A stretch of DNA of 64,000 nucleotides from Lytechinus pictus (lineage: Eukaryota), in the NCBI RefSeq assembly GCF_037042905.1, contig NC_087251.1, positions 496,001 through 560,000 of the forward strand, in the 5' to 3' direction. Below the pieces are notes generated by a model. It did not search any database and was not told where the DNA came from. It saw only the letters and a list, made by a program, of their open reading frames with translations. Position 1 is the first letter of the stretch. Every line of letters starts with the position of its first letter. This document shows positions 12,650 through 23,830 of this stretch, piece by piece. The position numbers were made by a program, and so were the translations under genes.

Positions 12650-14850
12650 GGGTCATTCCATCTGGATTCAGCCAGTGGTTGCACCCGACCCTCTCAGTTT
12701 TTGTCGTAAATTGGTAAACATAAAATTCCCCATGGCCAAGCACAAAACAAAAAAATTAGTCCAATCGGTCCGTCGGTTCTCGTGCTACGGCCCGCCCTTT
12801 TCTCCTTGTTTTGACAAAAATGGGCGTGACCTTCAACTTTCAATGGCCATTGTGTCGTAACGTGTTGACCAATTTTCACGAAACTGGTACCATTCAAAAG
12901 GAAATTCAGAGAGAAATCCAAAACATGCATCAAATAATGTATTGGAGCGATTTATAAGGTCCATGACCTTTGGACCTTTGACCTTTACTTTGACCTTGAG
13001 TTTGACCCCCGGACAAATAATTGTTTAACTTGATTTTCGTGTATGTTAATTATTAGTATGATATTGACAAAATATGTTTAAACCAATGATGATATTTTAT
13101 TTCTTCACCTTTTAAAACTCTTCCAAAGATACCAATTATCTGATCTGAAATTTCACTCTAGTCCCACATACTGATATTCATGTTAGTAAAGTGTTTACCA
13201 GTCCCATGATATATGATTTCATCAAATCTTAAGTTACAGTATGCAAACAGATGAAAAGAAATTAAGCTTATCAGTTGATAAATGAAACATTAAACATTTA
13301 TGTTTATGAATACATGTAGGTACCTGTTAAGGCATTTTGATATTGCACATTATATAATAACTCAAAAACTGCTGGGAACTGCATTATCCTGCTTTCTAGT
13401 CAGCTGTACTCCCCCAAAGTGAAAACACCCTCGAGATCCTTGAAGCATCAGCATTGGATACATTCTTTATAATGATGATGCTAGAGATGGATGATCAATT
13501 GGACAGATAATATTGTATCTGCTTCCCAGCAGGTATCCTTTTAACTGCGTCCCCATTGAAAAAAAGACAGTATCTACATTTTGCACAAGTTGAGATATAA
13601 AGCATTTTGTGTTTTTCCAAAGCTGCTAAAAACTATTTTATTTCTTAGTATTCTTTATCATAAAATTGTTGAGTATATGCCTATTTTAGGCTCCCAAAAC
13701 AAATATATATATATATATATTTTTTTATAGATATTGAAGAAATGTACAGTAGATAGGCCTACTCAGGGAAAGTCAAAGCGAATGCTTGGTTTCTCCTTGG
13801 AAAAACGCAGTACGTATCTACAGATGGACCAGAATTCCATTCAGTTTTATTATCACTTGCTTCATTACCATGAAATAATGTGTCATTGTGTATTTTAAGG
13901 GGAAAATAATACCTTACATACACAGAGGGAGCCCTGATAAAAATGAGTCAGACACTGCGTTTTTCCATTGGGGTGCAGTGTAAAGATGGATAAATGTACC
14001 TGTTGGATAGTTAGAAACAATATTATCTCTCCAATCGATCACCCATCTCTAACATCATCATAATCAAGAATGTATGATGCTTCAAGGATCTGAAGGATGT
14101 ATTCACTTTGGGGGAGTACAGCTTACTAGAAAGCAGGATATTGCAGTTCCCAGCAGTTTTCTAATGAGATATTATATGTTGCCCAACATCAAAATGCCTT
14201 AACAGATACCTATTCATGAGCATAAATGTTTAATATTTCATTTGTTAACTGATAAGCTTAATTTCTTTTCATCTGTTTGCATACTGTAACTTAAGATTGG
14301 AAGAAATCATGTATCATGGGACTGGTAAACACTTTACTAACATGAATATCAGTATGTGGGACTAGAGTGAAATTTCAGATCAGATAATTTGTATCTTTGG
14401 AAGAGTTTTAAAAGGTGAAGAAATAAAATATCATCATTGGTTTTAACATATTTTGTCAATATCATACTAATAATTAATATACACGAAAATCAAGTCAAAA
14501 AATTATTTTTTCGGGGGTCAAACTCAAGGTCCAAAGGTCATGGACCTTATAAATCGCCCCAATACATTATTTGATGCATGTTTTGGATTCCTCTCTGAAT
14601 TTCCTTTTGAATGGTACCATTTTCGTGAAAATTGGTCAACACATTACAACGCAATGGCCATTGAAAGTTGAAGGTCATGCCCATTTTTGTCAAAACAAGG
14701 AGAAAAGGGCGGGCCGTAGCGTGAGAACCGACGGACAGATTGTATTAATTTTTTTGTTTTGTGCTTGGGCCATGGGGAATTTTACATGTACCAAATTACA
14801 ACGAATTCTGAGAGGGTTGGGTGCAAAATTGAATTGGCATGGAATGACCC
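12650..14850. mobile_element. 2.2-kb foldback non-autonomous DNA transposon, Sola2-like
   Basis: AAAT|GGGTCATTCCA...TGGAATGACCC|AAAT (4-bp TSD); inverted arms of about 900 bp (12650-~13575 vs ~13950-14850). Superfamily inferred from GRG termini, 4-bp TSD and long TIRs. Confidence 0.8.
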
Positions 14851-15361
14851 AAATATATGAATAAATTAGCATATTTAATGAGTTTCAAAATTCTGTGTTG
14901 TAATTTTGTATCTCCACCTCGAGCTATCATATAGAGCAACAAAATTGAAATTGATCAATAAATGAAGAAGAAAAAAAGTTTTTTGTGATTTATGAATAAA
15001 CTGTGCATAAATTAGCATAAATAATTTTCTAGACAAAATTTCAAAATTTTTTGTACAAGTTTGGTGAACCTCATGCAGCTCTACCAGATGGAAGAAAACA
15101 AATAAAGAAGAGGCATTTTCTGTGATTTATTAATAAATTTTGCATAAATTAGCATAAATAATTTTCTACTGAAAATTTCAAGATTCTGTGTAAAAGTTTG
15201 TTGAACCTCATGAAGTTCTACCAGATGGAAGAAAAGAAAAACCAAAATCGGTCAACAATTAAAGAAGAAGCATTTTATGTGAATTTTTAAAAAGACGCAT
15301 AAATTGGCATATTTAATAAGTTTCAAAATTCTGTGTAGAATTTTTGAATCATCCGCCTAAT

Positions 15362-18300
15362 TAGAGTGCACCATCACACAATATGCAGTGCTTGTCCTGC
15401 TACTTATATCCATATTTATATTTATTCATGATTATATTTTTTGTACAATCTTATTCATATTTTTTGTTCAAGTGTATCTCGTTATGTTTATTCCAGCCTG
15501 CCCTCTTCCCTCTATCTGAGTTTCGACGTCCTTTTTTAGTTACGGAAAAGCAACTCTTAATGCTGCCAATTGCTTACCCTCAAATTACTTTACTTCCCAC
15601 GCGCCATGATATCTTAGTGATAACATCCCCATCTATTGCGAATGGACTTCCTTTTACTTCAATCCATTTTGTCATGGATATCTTTCAATTTACAACTATT
15701 AAATCTGACAAATTTTTCTTAAACATCCATGTGTAGTACCTCAACTAATGTACCGCATACGCATACTAATCAGTCCTTTAGTCAGTCGCTCGACAACAGC
15801 TCTCTTAACTTCGAAACACCTGAACTTCTTTTTGATTTTGATGCAGATGACACTCCTTTCGACTCCTTTTCATCAAACCATGTAACAGAGAACAATTTTT
15901 TCTCAACTCTGGAATCTGTTTCCGGCAATGATATTCTCCTTTTACATTTTAACATCAGAAGTCTCCACAAAAACTTTGATCGTTTGGATTTTTTCACAAA
16001 GCAGCTTAAGTTCAATCGTTCTATCTTGGGAATTAGTGAAACATGGCTAAAAGATGCGCCATCCTCTTATTTTTCTATGAATGGTTTTAACTTTGTTTCT
16101 TCTAGTCGCATTGGAAAAAGAGGTGGTGGAGTGGGAATTTATGTCCCGGTTGATTTTAACTTTGAAGTCATCGGAGAGTTGACACAAATATCAGATGTAT
16201 TAGAAACCATCTTCATCGAAATTAAATTTAAAAATAAGGGTAATATGATAGTCGGTGTAGTATATAGACCTCCACACTCTAATCCTAGAGAATTCATTGA
16301 ATCTATACACCATATATTATCATCCTGTTCTCTTACTAACAAATCCTGTGCAATTATGGGAGATTTTAATCTAAATCTCCTTCAGTATCATGATAACTCA
16401 GACTGTCAAGACTTCCTTGACTTGCTGCTTGCTTATTCATTTGTCCCAACTATTACTAAACCTACTAGAATGACCGAATCCTCAGCCACCCTAATTGATA
16501 ATATTTTTGTTAATAAAACGAATAATGTAAAATCGGGGATTATAGTCAGTGACATTTCGGACCACTTCCCTGTTTATAATTTAACATCATATCCTATCTC
16601 ATCCTGTCAGTCTGCATCAACAAATAATATTAAGACTCGCAACTTTTCGGAGGATAACGTTAACAATTTTATTAGGGCACTTGCTGTTGCTGATTGGAAC
16701 TCTGTATATGCTACAGACAATGCTGATACGTCTTTTGATAATTTTATGGATATCTTCATGCAAAACCTCAATTCTTCTATTCCATTCCGTAGAAGCCGTG
16801 TTTCTAACTACAAAAAAACTCCTAAGCTTCCTTGGATTACCAAATCGCTACTTATATCTATAAACAAAAAAAATAACCTCTTTTATAAATACAAAACTAC
16901 TCCAAACAACACAACCAAATCCAAGTATACTAGATACCGTAATATTCTAACAACTTCATTGCGACTAGCTAAAAAGAACTATTACTCCTCACAATTCGAT
17001 GCTCACAAAGGCGACTTAAAAAAGACGTGGCAAGTTATAAATGATGTCTTGAAAACAAAAGTAGTCTCAACTCCTATCTCGAGAATTCTAGTCAACGAAA
17101 ACGAAGTACAGGATTCTCTTGCAATTGCTGAGGAATTCAACAACTACTTCGTCAATATCGGTCCAAATTTGGCGCGAAATGTTTCTGAACCTAATTGTAA
17201 TTTCAAACAGTTTTTGAAAACGCCAAACCCTCAATCGCTGTTTCTAGATCCAATTTTAGAGCATGAAGTATTAGACATAGTGAACAATCTGACAGTAAAC
17301 AAAAGTGCTGGGTTTGATAGTATATCCAACTCTTTGCTAAAAAAAACAATTACAGAAATTTTATCCCCCCTAACATTTATTTTTAATTTATCATTATCTA
17401 ATGGAACTGTGCCGAAAAAAATGAAAACTGCAAAAGTTATACCAATTTTTAAGAAGGGCAGTAAAGAAGATCTCGGTAATTATCGTCCTATATCACTTTT
17501 AACAGCACTCTCCAAGATTTTGGAAAAATTGATTTATTCACGCACAGCGAAGTTTCTTGCAAAGTATAAAATCTTATCTGATACCCAATTTGGTTTTCGA
17601 CAAAAATACTCTACAACTCATGCCCTTCTTCTATTTTTGGATAAAGTTAGCCGTGCAATTGACAAATCATTTCATACCGTTGGAATTTTCCTGGACTTCT
17701 CCAAGGCCTTTGATACCATCAACCATGATATATTATTATACAAACTGAGCAATTATGGTATACGAGGAAAGGCCTTGGAGTGGTTCAGGAGTTACCTAAC
17801 GGACCGCAACCAATTTGTAAGTATTAATGGTCAGGATTCCTACCCCAGACAAATATCCTGTGGCGTTCCACAGGGGTCGCTGCTGGGTCCTTTGCTCTTT
17901 ATTCTTTATATAAACGACTTCCAATTTAGTTCCGAAATCATGTCATTCATCCTCTTTGCGGATGATTCCAACATATTCTACTCCCATCACAACCCCCAAA
18001 CTCTCCTCGATACCGTCAATGAAGAGTTAAAAATGGTTCAAAGTTGGATAAATGCCAATAAATTATCTCTAAATGTTAATAAAACTCATTACATGCTCTT
18101 CAGCAATTCGCTCTCAACCCTTCCTGGTAACTTATTTATACATGATACTCCTCTAGACCTAGTCGAGTCAACAAAATTCCTTGGCATACATATAGATTCT
18201 AATTTATCGTGGAAGACTCATGTGAACTACTTATGTAAATTATTGTCTCGAAACTCAGGAGTTTTAAATAAACTTAAACATGAATTTCCCCACCACATTC

Positions 18301-19472
18301 TACTATCACTATACTTCACCCTCATATCATCCTACCTCAACTATGGTATTTTAGCCTGGGGCAACGGGGCAAGATTCCTGCTTGATAGGATTTTATTACT
18401 CCAGAAACGTGCAATTAGAAATATTAACAATGTTGGTTACCTATCTCATACATATCCATTATTTTTAAAAGATAAACTCCTTCGTATTTTTGATCTTTAT
18501 ACCTATAACTTAGGAATCTTTATGTATCAGTTAAATGCCAATGATATTCCTTCTGTTATTACCTCTCTCTTTTTTAAAAATAGCAGTGTCCATGGATATC
18601 CTACTCGACAAAGTAATCTTTTTCATCTTCCTCGTGTAAGAACGTCATTTGCTAAAAGGAATATCACTTTTACAGGTCCAAAATATTGGAATGCCCTCCA
18701 TAGTGAACTATTACATTCACCCTCAATATATGTCTTCAGACGTAAGCTGAAACACCATCTTCTCAAGGACTACACTTAGTACGAACACAGTTGTGTATCG
18801 TTTTATTAGTTATAGCCTCATTCCATTCGCTCTAATGGCTTATATTGAATTATTTTTTTCTTTTCTCTCATTGCTCTTTATTATTGTTGCGCGTGGGTTG
18901 TCTTAATCTTTGGAAGCTGTCCCTTCCCTTTCCGCTCATTGCTTCCTGATGCCATAGATTTTTTTTTTTTCCACCCTTAGCAATAATTACTTCCATTCCC
19001 CTACAGGCTCCAATTCAATTTGTTGCTTTTTACACTTGTTTCTTCCTACTCATCATTTATGTATTTGTGTATCCCTCGTTTTCGTTTACTTTTTCGTTTT
19101 CCCTTTTATTTATTCCTCTATTTTTCTTGTCGTATTGATATTTTCACAGGACTCTCACTGCATATTCTTTGGAGCCTTTAAACAACAAGCTTTGCTTTTA
19201 CCTTTGGTTCCCCATATCCACACCTCTCATTTTCTTTCTTGTCATTATATTACAACCGTTTACAAGAATACATTATAGTACTTCTTTTCCCTTATATATT
19301 AAGTATAATTTCTTATTTAACGATATTTATTTATGCTTACCTATGATAATTTGTATTGTATAATATTGTCTGTATTGTATAATATTGTTTATACTGAGTT
19401 GTTGATTTTGTTGAAAATGTGAGATGTTGTTGATATGAAATAAATAAACCTTGAACCCTTGAAACCTTGAAC
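15362..19472 (+). mobile_element. Non-LTR retrotransposon (CR1/L2 group, Crack/Daphne-like), apparently recent
   Basis: Flanked by CCTAAT direct repeats (15356-15361, 19473-19478); intact ORF; about 690-bp 3' UTR ending in AATAAA and a short tandem tail (AACCTTG-like). Confidence 0.9.
15729..18779 (+). CDS. LINE ORF2: APE endonuclease plus reverse transcriptase, 1016 aa, uninterrupted
   Basis: Endonuclease motifs NIRSL, ISETW, GGGVGIY, VYRPP, GDFN, LIDNIF, SDHFPV; RT motifs NYRPISLL, QFGFR, DFSKAFD, GVPQGSLLGP, LFADD, KFLG. Confidence 0.97.
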   Translation: MCSTSTNVPHTHTNQSFSQSLDNSSLNFETPELLFDFDADDTPFDSFSSNHVTENNFFSTLESVSGNDILLLHFNIRSLHKNFDRLDFFTKQLKFNRSILGISETWLKDAPSSYFSMNGFNFVSSSRIGKRGGGVGIYVPVDFNFEVIGELTQISDVLETIFIEIKFKNKGNMIVGVVYRPPHSNPREFIESIHHILSSCSLTNKSCAIMGDFNLNLLQYHDNSDCQDFLDLLLAYSFVPTITKPTRMTESSATLIDNIFVNKTNNVKSGIIVSDISDHFPVYNLTSYPISSCQSASTNNIKTRNFSEDNVNNFIRALAVADWNSVYATDNADTSFDNFMDIFMQNLNSSIPFRRSRVSNYKKTPKLPWITKSLLISINKKNNLFYKYKTTPNNTTKSKYTRYRNILTTSLRLAKKNYYSSQFDAHKGDLKKTWQVINDVLKTKVVSTPISRILVNENEVQDSLAIAEEFNNYFVNIGPNLARNVSEPNCNFKQFLKTPNPQSLFLDPILEHEVLDIVNNLTVNKSAGFDSISNSLLKKTITEILSPLTFIFNLSLSNGTVPKKMKTAKVIPIFKKGSKEDLGNYRPISLLTALSKILEKLIYSRTAKFLAKYKILSDTQFGFRQKYSTTHALLLFLDKVSRAIDKSFHTVGIFLDFSKAFDTINHDILLYKLSNYGIRGKALEWFRSYLTDRNQFVSINGQDSYPRQISCGVPQGSLLGPLLFILYINDFQFSSEIMSFILFADDSNIFYSHHNPQTLLDTVNEELKMVQSWINANKLSLNVNKTHYMLFSNSLSTLPGNLFIHDTPLDLVESTKFLGIHIDSNLSWKTHVNYLCKLLSRNSGVLNKLKHEFPHHILLSLYFTLISSYLNYGILAWGNGARFLLDRILLLQKRAIRNINNVGYLSHTYPLFLKDKLLRIFDLYTYNLGIFMYQLNANDIPSVITSLFFKNSSVHGYPTRQSNLFHLPRVRTSFAKRNITFTGPKYWNALHSELLHSPSIYVFRRKLKHHLLKDYT

Positions 19473-20248
19473 CCTAATGCTATCATGTAAAGCAAACAGA
19501 ATTGAAATCAGACTTGAAATGACGAAGAAGAAGCATTTTGAAATTCAGTCAACAAATAAAGAGGCATTTTCTGTGATTTATGAATTTTGCATAAATTAGC
19601 ATAAATAATTTTCTACTCCAAATTTAAAAATTCTGTGTAGAAGTTTGGTGAACCTCATGAAGCTCTATCAGATGGAAGAAAAATATCAAAATCGGTCGAC
19701 AAATAAAGAAGAAGCATATTATGTGAATTTTTAAAAATATGCATAAATTAATTTTGCATAAATTAGCATAAAGATTGTTCTAGTCAAAATTTCAAAATTC
19801 TGTGTAGAAGTTTGGTGAACCTCATAAAGCTATACGAGTAGAAGCAAAAAAGTCAAAATCGGTCAATAAATAAAGAAGAAGTTCAAGCATTTTTTGTGAA
19901 TTTTGAAAAATGCGCATAAATTAGCATATTTAATTGAGTTTCAAAATTCTGTGTAGAAGTTTTGAATCTCCCACCTAGTGCTATCATATAAAGCAAACAG
20001 AATTAAAATCGGACTTGAAATGGCGAAGAATAAGCATTTTGAAATTGTGGACAGACGACAGACGACGGACACCACGCCATGGCATAAGCTCATCTGGCCC
20101 TTCGGGCTGGATGAGCTGAAAAACACATTGCCCTTGTCTAAACACTCTGGCCAGTATGAATCTGCTGTGGGTAATATATTTGCTGTACAATGAGATGAAA
20201 CCTTTAACCTTTATCTTAGATACTCTGAACAAGAAAATAAAATCATAC

Positions 20249-21338
20249 CTTGACAAAGCCTAAAGCACCCTGCCATAAACGATCTTCAATATCCAGAATC
20301 TGTTCCCTGAGCATAAGTTCAAGTTTCTCATCACCATCAGCACTATTTGATAAAAGACCTTTCTTGCCACTAGTCATCTTCACCTCCACTTGCTTCTTTA
20401 CTGCTGGTTGGGAATCCACATCTGTTTCATCTGATGGATGTTTAGTGAGGAAGTCTGTTGGGACTGCATTCAGGGAGCCAATTATTGAAGCCTTCTCCTG
20501 TTGGAGACTGTCTCTGAGAGCTGCTTCCCTGAGACCTCGTGTGTTCAGAGCTTCTAAGAGCGAATCAATCTGACTCGCTTCATTGTAGAAAGCCCAATGG
20601 CACTTTGAAACAGGGTGACCAGTGGGCGCTTCAACACTGAGCATTTCTACATTATTGACCTCCATAGGGGTCTCTTTCTCACCAGCTGTCAGGTCCTTAG
20701 GAGTTTCTGAAGGCACATCTCCATTTGTAACTGCTCCATTGGCTATCACATTACTGTCCACATTTTCTTTGTTACTGCTATTAGAGGTATTGTGCTCAGT
20801 TGTTGACTGGATATCTTCGCGAGCACCAAAATGTTCAACTTTGGTTGTTTGCTTTGCATACATGTCCTCCTCCATCCTCTTCAGAATATCTTCATCAATG
20901 TTTCGATCACACTCCACAAATAATCCTGGCAATGAATTGAACTTCCAGTACCTACGGAAAAATCTGTCCTCCCCGATTGGATTCACATTGTACTTCATAA
21001 TGGCTTCACTAATCTCCCTTGTCAATTGCGCTTCCTGCTTTAAGAACTCTGCTTTCTTTTCAGCACTATCCTCTGCAATCTCTTTCCTCTTCTTCTCAAT
21101 CTCTGCAAGGGACATCCCTGGTGTAGGAAGGTCCGATGTCTCTATTGAATCACCAGGGGAATTCTCTTTTGCCCTTGATTGAGGTCTACTTCCTGGTTGT
21201 TCTGGAGTGCTAACATGAAGAGTACTTGAACCCTGAGCTTCTCCATTCTCTATAACACCTTCCTGTGATAGCTTAGCAAGCCTATCCTTCTCAACCTGTA
21301 CTTTCTCATTCAACCTTTCCTCCATCCTCAATCTCCAT
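20249..21338 (-). CDS. BAZ1A: BAZ1A exon 14 (WHIM2 and WHIM3/WSD)
   Basis: Contains PIGEDRFFRRYWKF...PGLFVE and WAFYNEASQIDSLLEALNTRGLREAALRDSL; cag acceptor, AAG|gtatga donor; 1090 nt. Confidence 0.95.
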
Positions 21339-21954
21339 CTGTTAAAAAAGCAGAAAATAAGATAAGGAAATGAAGTGCCTTTAACAGTTGCATAGCATTA
21401 TGTCAACTGTCGGAGTACTACATTTGAGGCTTAAAAAAACGATTCAGCCCCCCCCCCCAATGCCAGCGGGGTCGGCCGTATCGTTTAACAACACGGTCGT
21501 GTGTTGCTGCCCTCTACGTTTGAAGATGTAACAGCACGATCTCCCAGTCTTGAAATTCAAAATGGCGGATAGACCGAAATCATTGACTGCTCAAAACGAT
21601 GTCCAAAAAAACCCCAAATTATCGATAAAATTTCATTCAACCGTAAAATAATGCTAATAGTGTGAAAGGTGAGGATGTAGTCATGTTAAATGTGTTTGTC
21701 AAAATATTTTGTATACCCGCATAGATCCAATTAGAGCGGATTCTTCTGCGTTGTTGGTACAGTAGCAGATACAAATTTTGACCAGTGCAAGTGTTGTGAT
21801 ATTGCTACTGAATGGGTAAACGGAATTGTCAGTTTTTTATGTACACAAAGTCTATGGGGAAACAGAATTTCCGTTTTCTGACATGCTGAAACAAAATTTA
21901 AGATTTTCTGAAACGGAAAAGGCAATTTTTTTAAACGGAAAATTACTGTCCCTA

Positions 21955-22600
21955 GAGTTGTGTGTCATAAGAGTCTTGCATGTAAACTTTAAAGTTGACC
22001 TGAAAATGACCTTTGACCTTACAATGTGACCTGCGACTAAAACATAACATGCAGGTCTCCTACGTACATCTACAACCCAAGTTTGGGTGAAAAGTAACTT
22101 ACGGTTGCGGAGTTATGTGTCATATGACAGTCTTGCACGTAAACTTTAACGTAGACCTGAAAATGACCTTTGACCTTACCATGTGACCTCTGACTGCAGC
22201 GTAACATGCAGGTCCCCTAAGTACATCAACAACCCAAGTTTGGATGAAAAGTGACTTTCAATTGCGGAGTTGTCTGTCATAAGAGAGTCTTGCCTTTAAA
22301 CTTTAACGTTGACCTGAAAATGACCTTTGAACTTACCATGTGACCTTCGACTGCATCATAACATGCAGGTCCCCTAAGTACATCTACCCTCCAAGTTTGA
22401 TTGAAAAGTAATTTATGGTTGCAGAGTTATGTGTCATAAGAGAGACTTGCATGTAACCTTTAACGTTGACCTGAAAATGACATTTGACCTTAACATGTGA
22501 CATCTGACTGCAGCATAATATGCAGGTGCCCTAAGTACATCTACCATCCAAGTTTGGTTGAAAAGTTACTTGCGGTTACCTCTGGTGGGCGAGACAAAAA
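21955..22600 (+). mobile_element. HINE-like element 3' part, four 157-bp tandem units
   Basis: Units with GTTGACCTGAAAATGACCTTTGACCTTAC spaced 157 bp; ends GGCGAGACAAAAA. Confidence 0.7.
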
Positions 22601-22665
22601 CAAGTTTGCTCTAATTGAATAAATAAAGCCCCTAAATGCTCATTTTTGGTTCACAGACTCTTTGA

Positions 22666-23260
22666 AGGTCAAGTCCACTCCAGGAAAATGTTGATTTGAT
22701 TAAATAGAGAAAAATCAAACTAGAATAACGCTGAAAATTTCATCAAAATCGGATATAAAATAAAAAAGTTATGGCATTTTAAAGTTTCCCTTATTTTTCA
22801 CAAAACAGTGATATTCACAACTCAGTGACATGCAAATGAGTCAATCGATGATGTCCATCACTCACTATTTCTTTTGTTTTATATTGTTTAAATTATACAA
22901 TATTTCATTTTTTACAAATTTGACAATAAGAACCAACTTGACTGAACCATATAGTATTAAACAATGCTAATTCCACCTCTACAGGGAGGAATTAATTGTC
23001 ATTTCACGTGATAATGAGGAGAAAATTAGAATATTTCATTTAATAAAATACAAAAGAAATAGTGAGTAGATGACGTCATCAGTCTCCCATTTGCATACCA
23101 ACCAGTATGTGCATATAGCTGTTTTGTGAAATTAAGCAAAACTTTAAAATGCCATAACTTTCTTATTTTACATGCGATTTTGATGAAATTTTCAGTGTTA
23201 TGCTTGTTGGATTTTTCTCTTTTTACTCAAATCAACTTTTTGTTTGGTTGGACTTGTCCT
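22666..23260. mobile_element. Kolobok-like TTAA MITE (older copy), inserted in a piggyBac-like MITE remnant spanning about 22601-23679
   Basis: ttga|AGGTCAAGTCCA...TGGACTTGTCCT|TTAA; same family as 31730 and 53461; host remnant ends TAAGGG|TTAA near 23679. Confidence 0.8.
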
Positions 23261-23787
23261 TTAAAAAATCTGATCAATTTAAATTTTCAAAAATTTCACA
23301 TTTATTTTCTTATGTATTTTATTGTTTACTAAATTTCTTGTGCATTTTTTTGTTTTTTACTTTCTATTTTTTATTGTTTTTTCAAGGACTTTATTTTGAC
23401 CATAAACAAGATGAAATTGATTGTAATCAATAAAAGGAAAAATAATTAGACATATATGAATTGTGGCTAAAAACAATATTGCATTGGATTTGCACACAAA
23501 TTCACGTTTATGAGCAATTTTGGGTCTGCATGCACGAAATGGTAGCAATTCTGGTCTTAAAAGTTGCGCGAAACTTGAAAGTAAAATGTCAGCAAGCGAA
23601 GTGGTCAAAAAAAATTGCGGATTTATTGCAAAAACTGTCAAGGGGGGCTGAATCAGCCCCCTCCCCTGTCTTATAAGGGTTAAATTCACAAAATAAAAAT
23701 AACAATAACTTACAACCAACAAGGTGATATCCATAAAGAGATTGTAGAACAAATTTTCATCTTTCCACAATCAATTTTGTTTTTACC

Positions 23788-23830
23788 TTGTGAGATTTCA
23801 CCTATTCGTTCAGCAGGCTTCTTCAGACTA
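23788..23830 (-). ncRNA. Minimal hammerhead ribozyme motif in inverted Penelope pLTR (degenerate)
   Basis: Minus strand reads TAGT CTGAAGA A GCCTG CTGAACGAA TAGGT GAAA TC TC ACAA; stem II GCCTG/TAGGT can pair with two G-U. Confidence 0.6.

Larger units (their letters stand above)
12335..20123 (+). mobile_element. HINE-like element hosting two nested insertions
   Basis: 5' AACTAG...GAGCTCATCCGGC; GCATAAATTAGCAT-containing tandem units at 12440-12649, 14851-15361 and 19473-20045; GACAGACGAC microsatellite; 3' hairpin AGCTCATCTGGCCCTTCGGGCTGGATGAGCT then an A-run. Confidence 0.75.

Noticed and set aside
12694..14864. Two near-identical small ORFs (MMHVLD...) suggesting a duplicated gene
   Set aside because: They are the two arms of the foldback transposon; no protein motif
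20250..21182. Plus-strand ORFs of 107 and 186 aa
   Set aside because: Antisense shadows of exon 14; no recognisable domain
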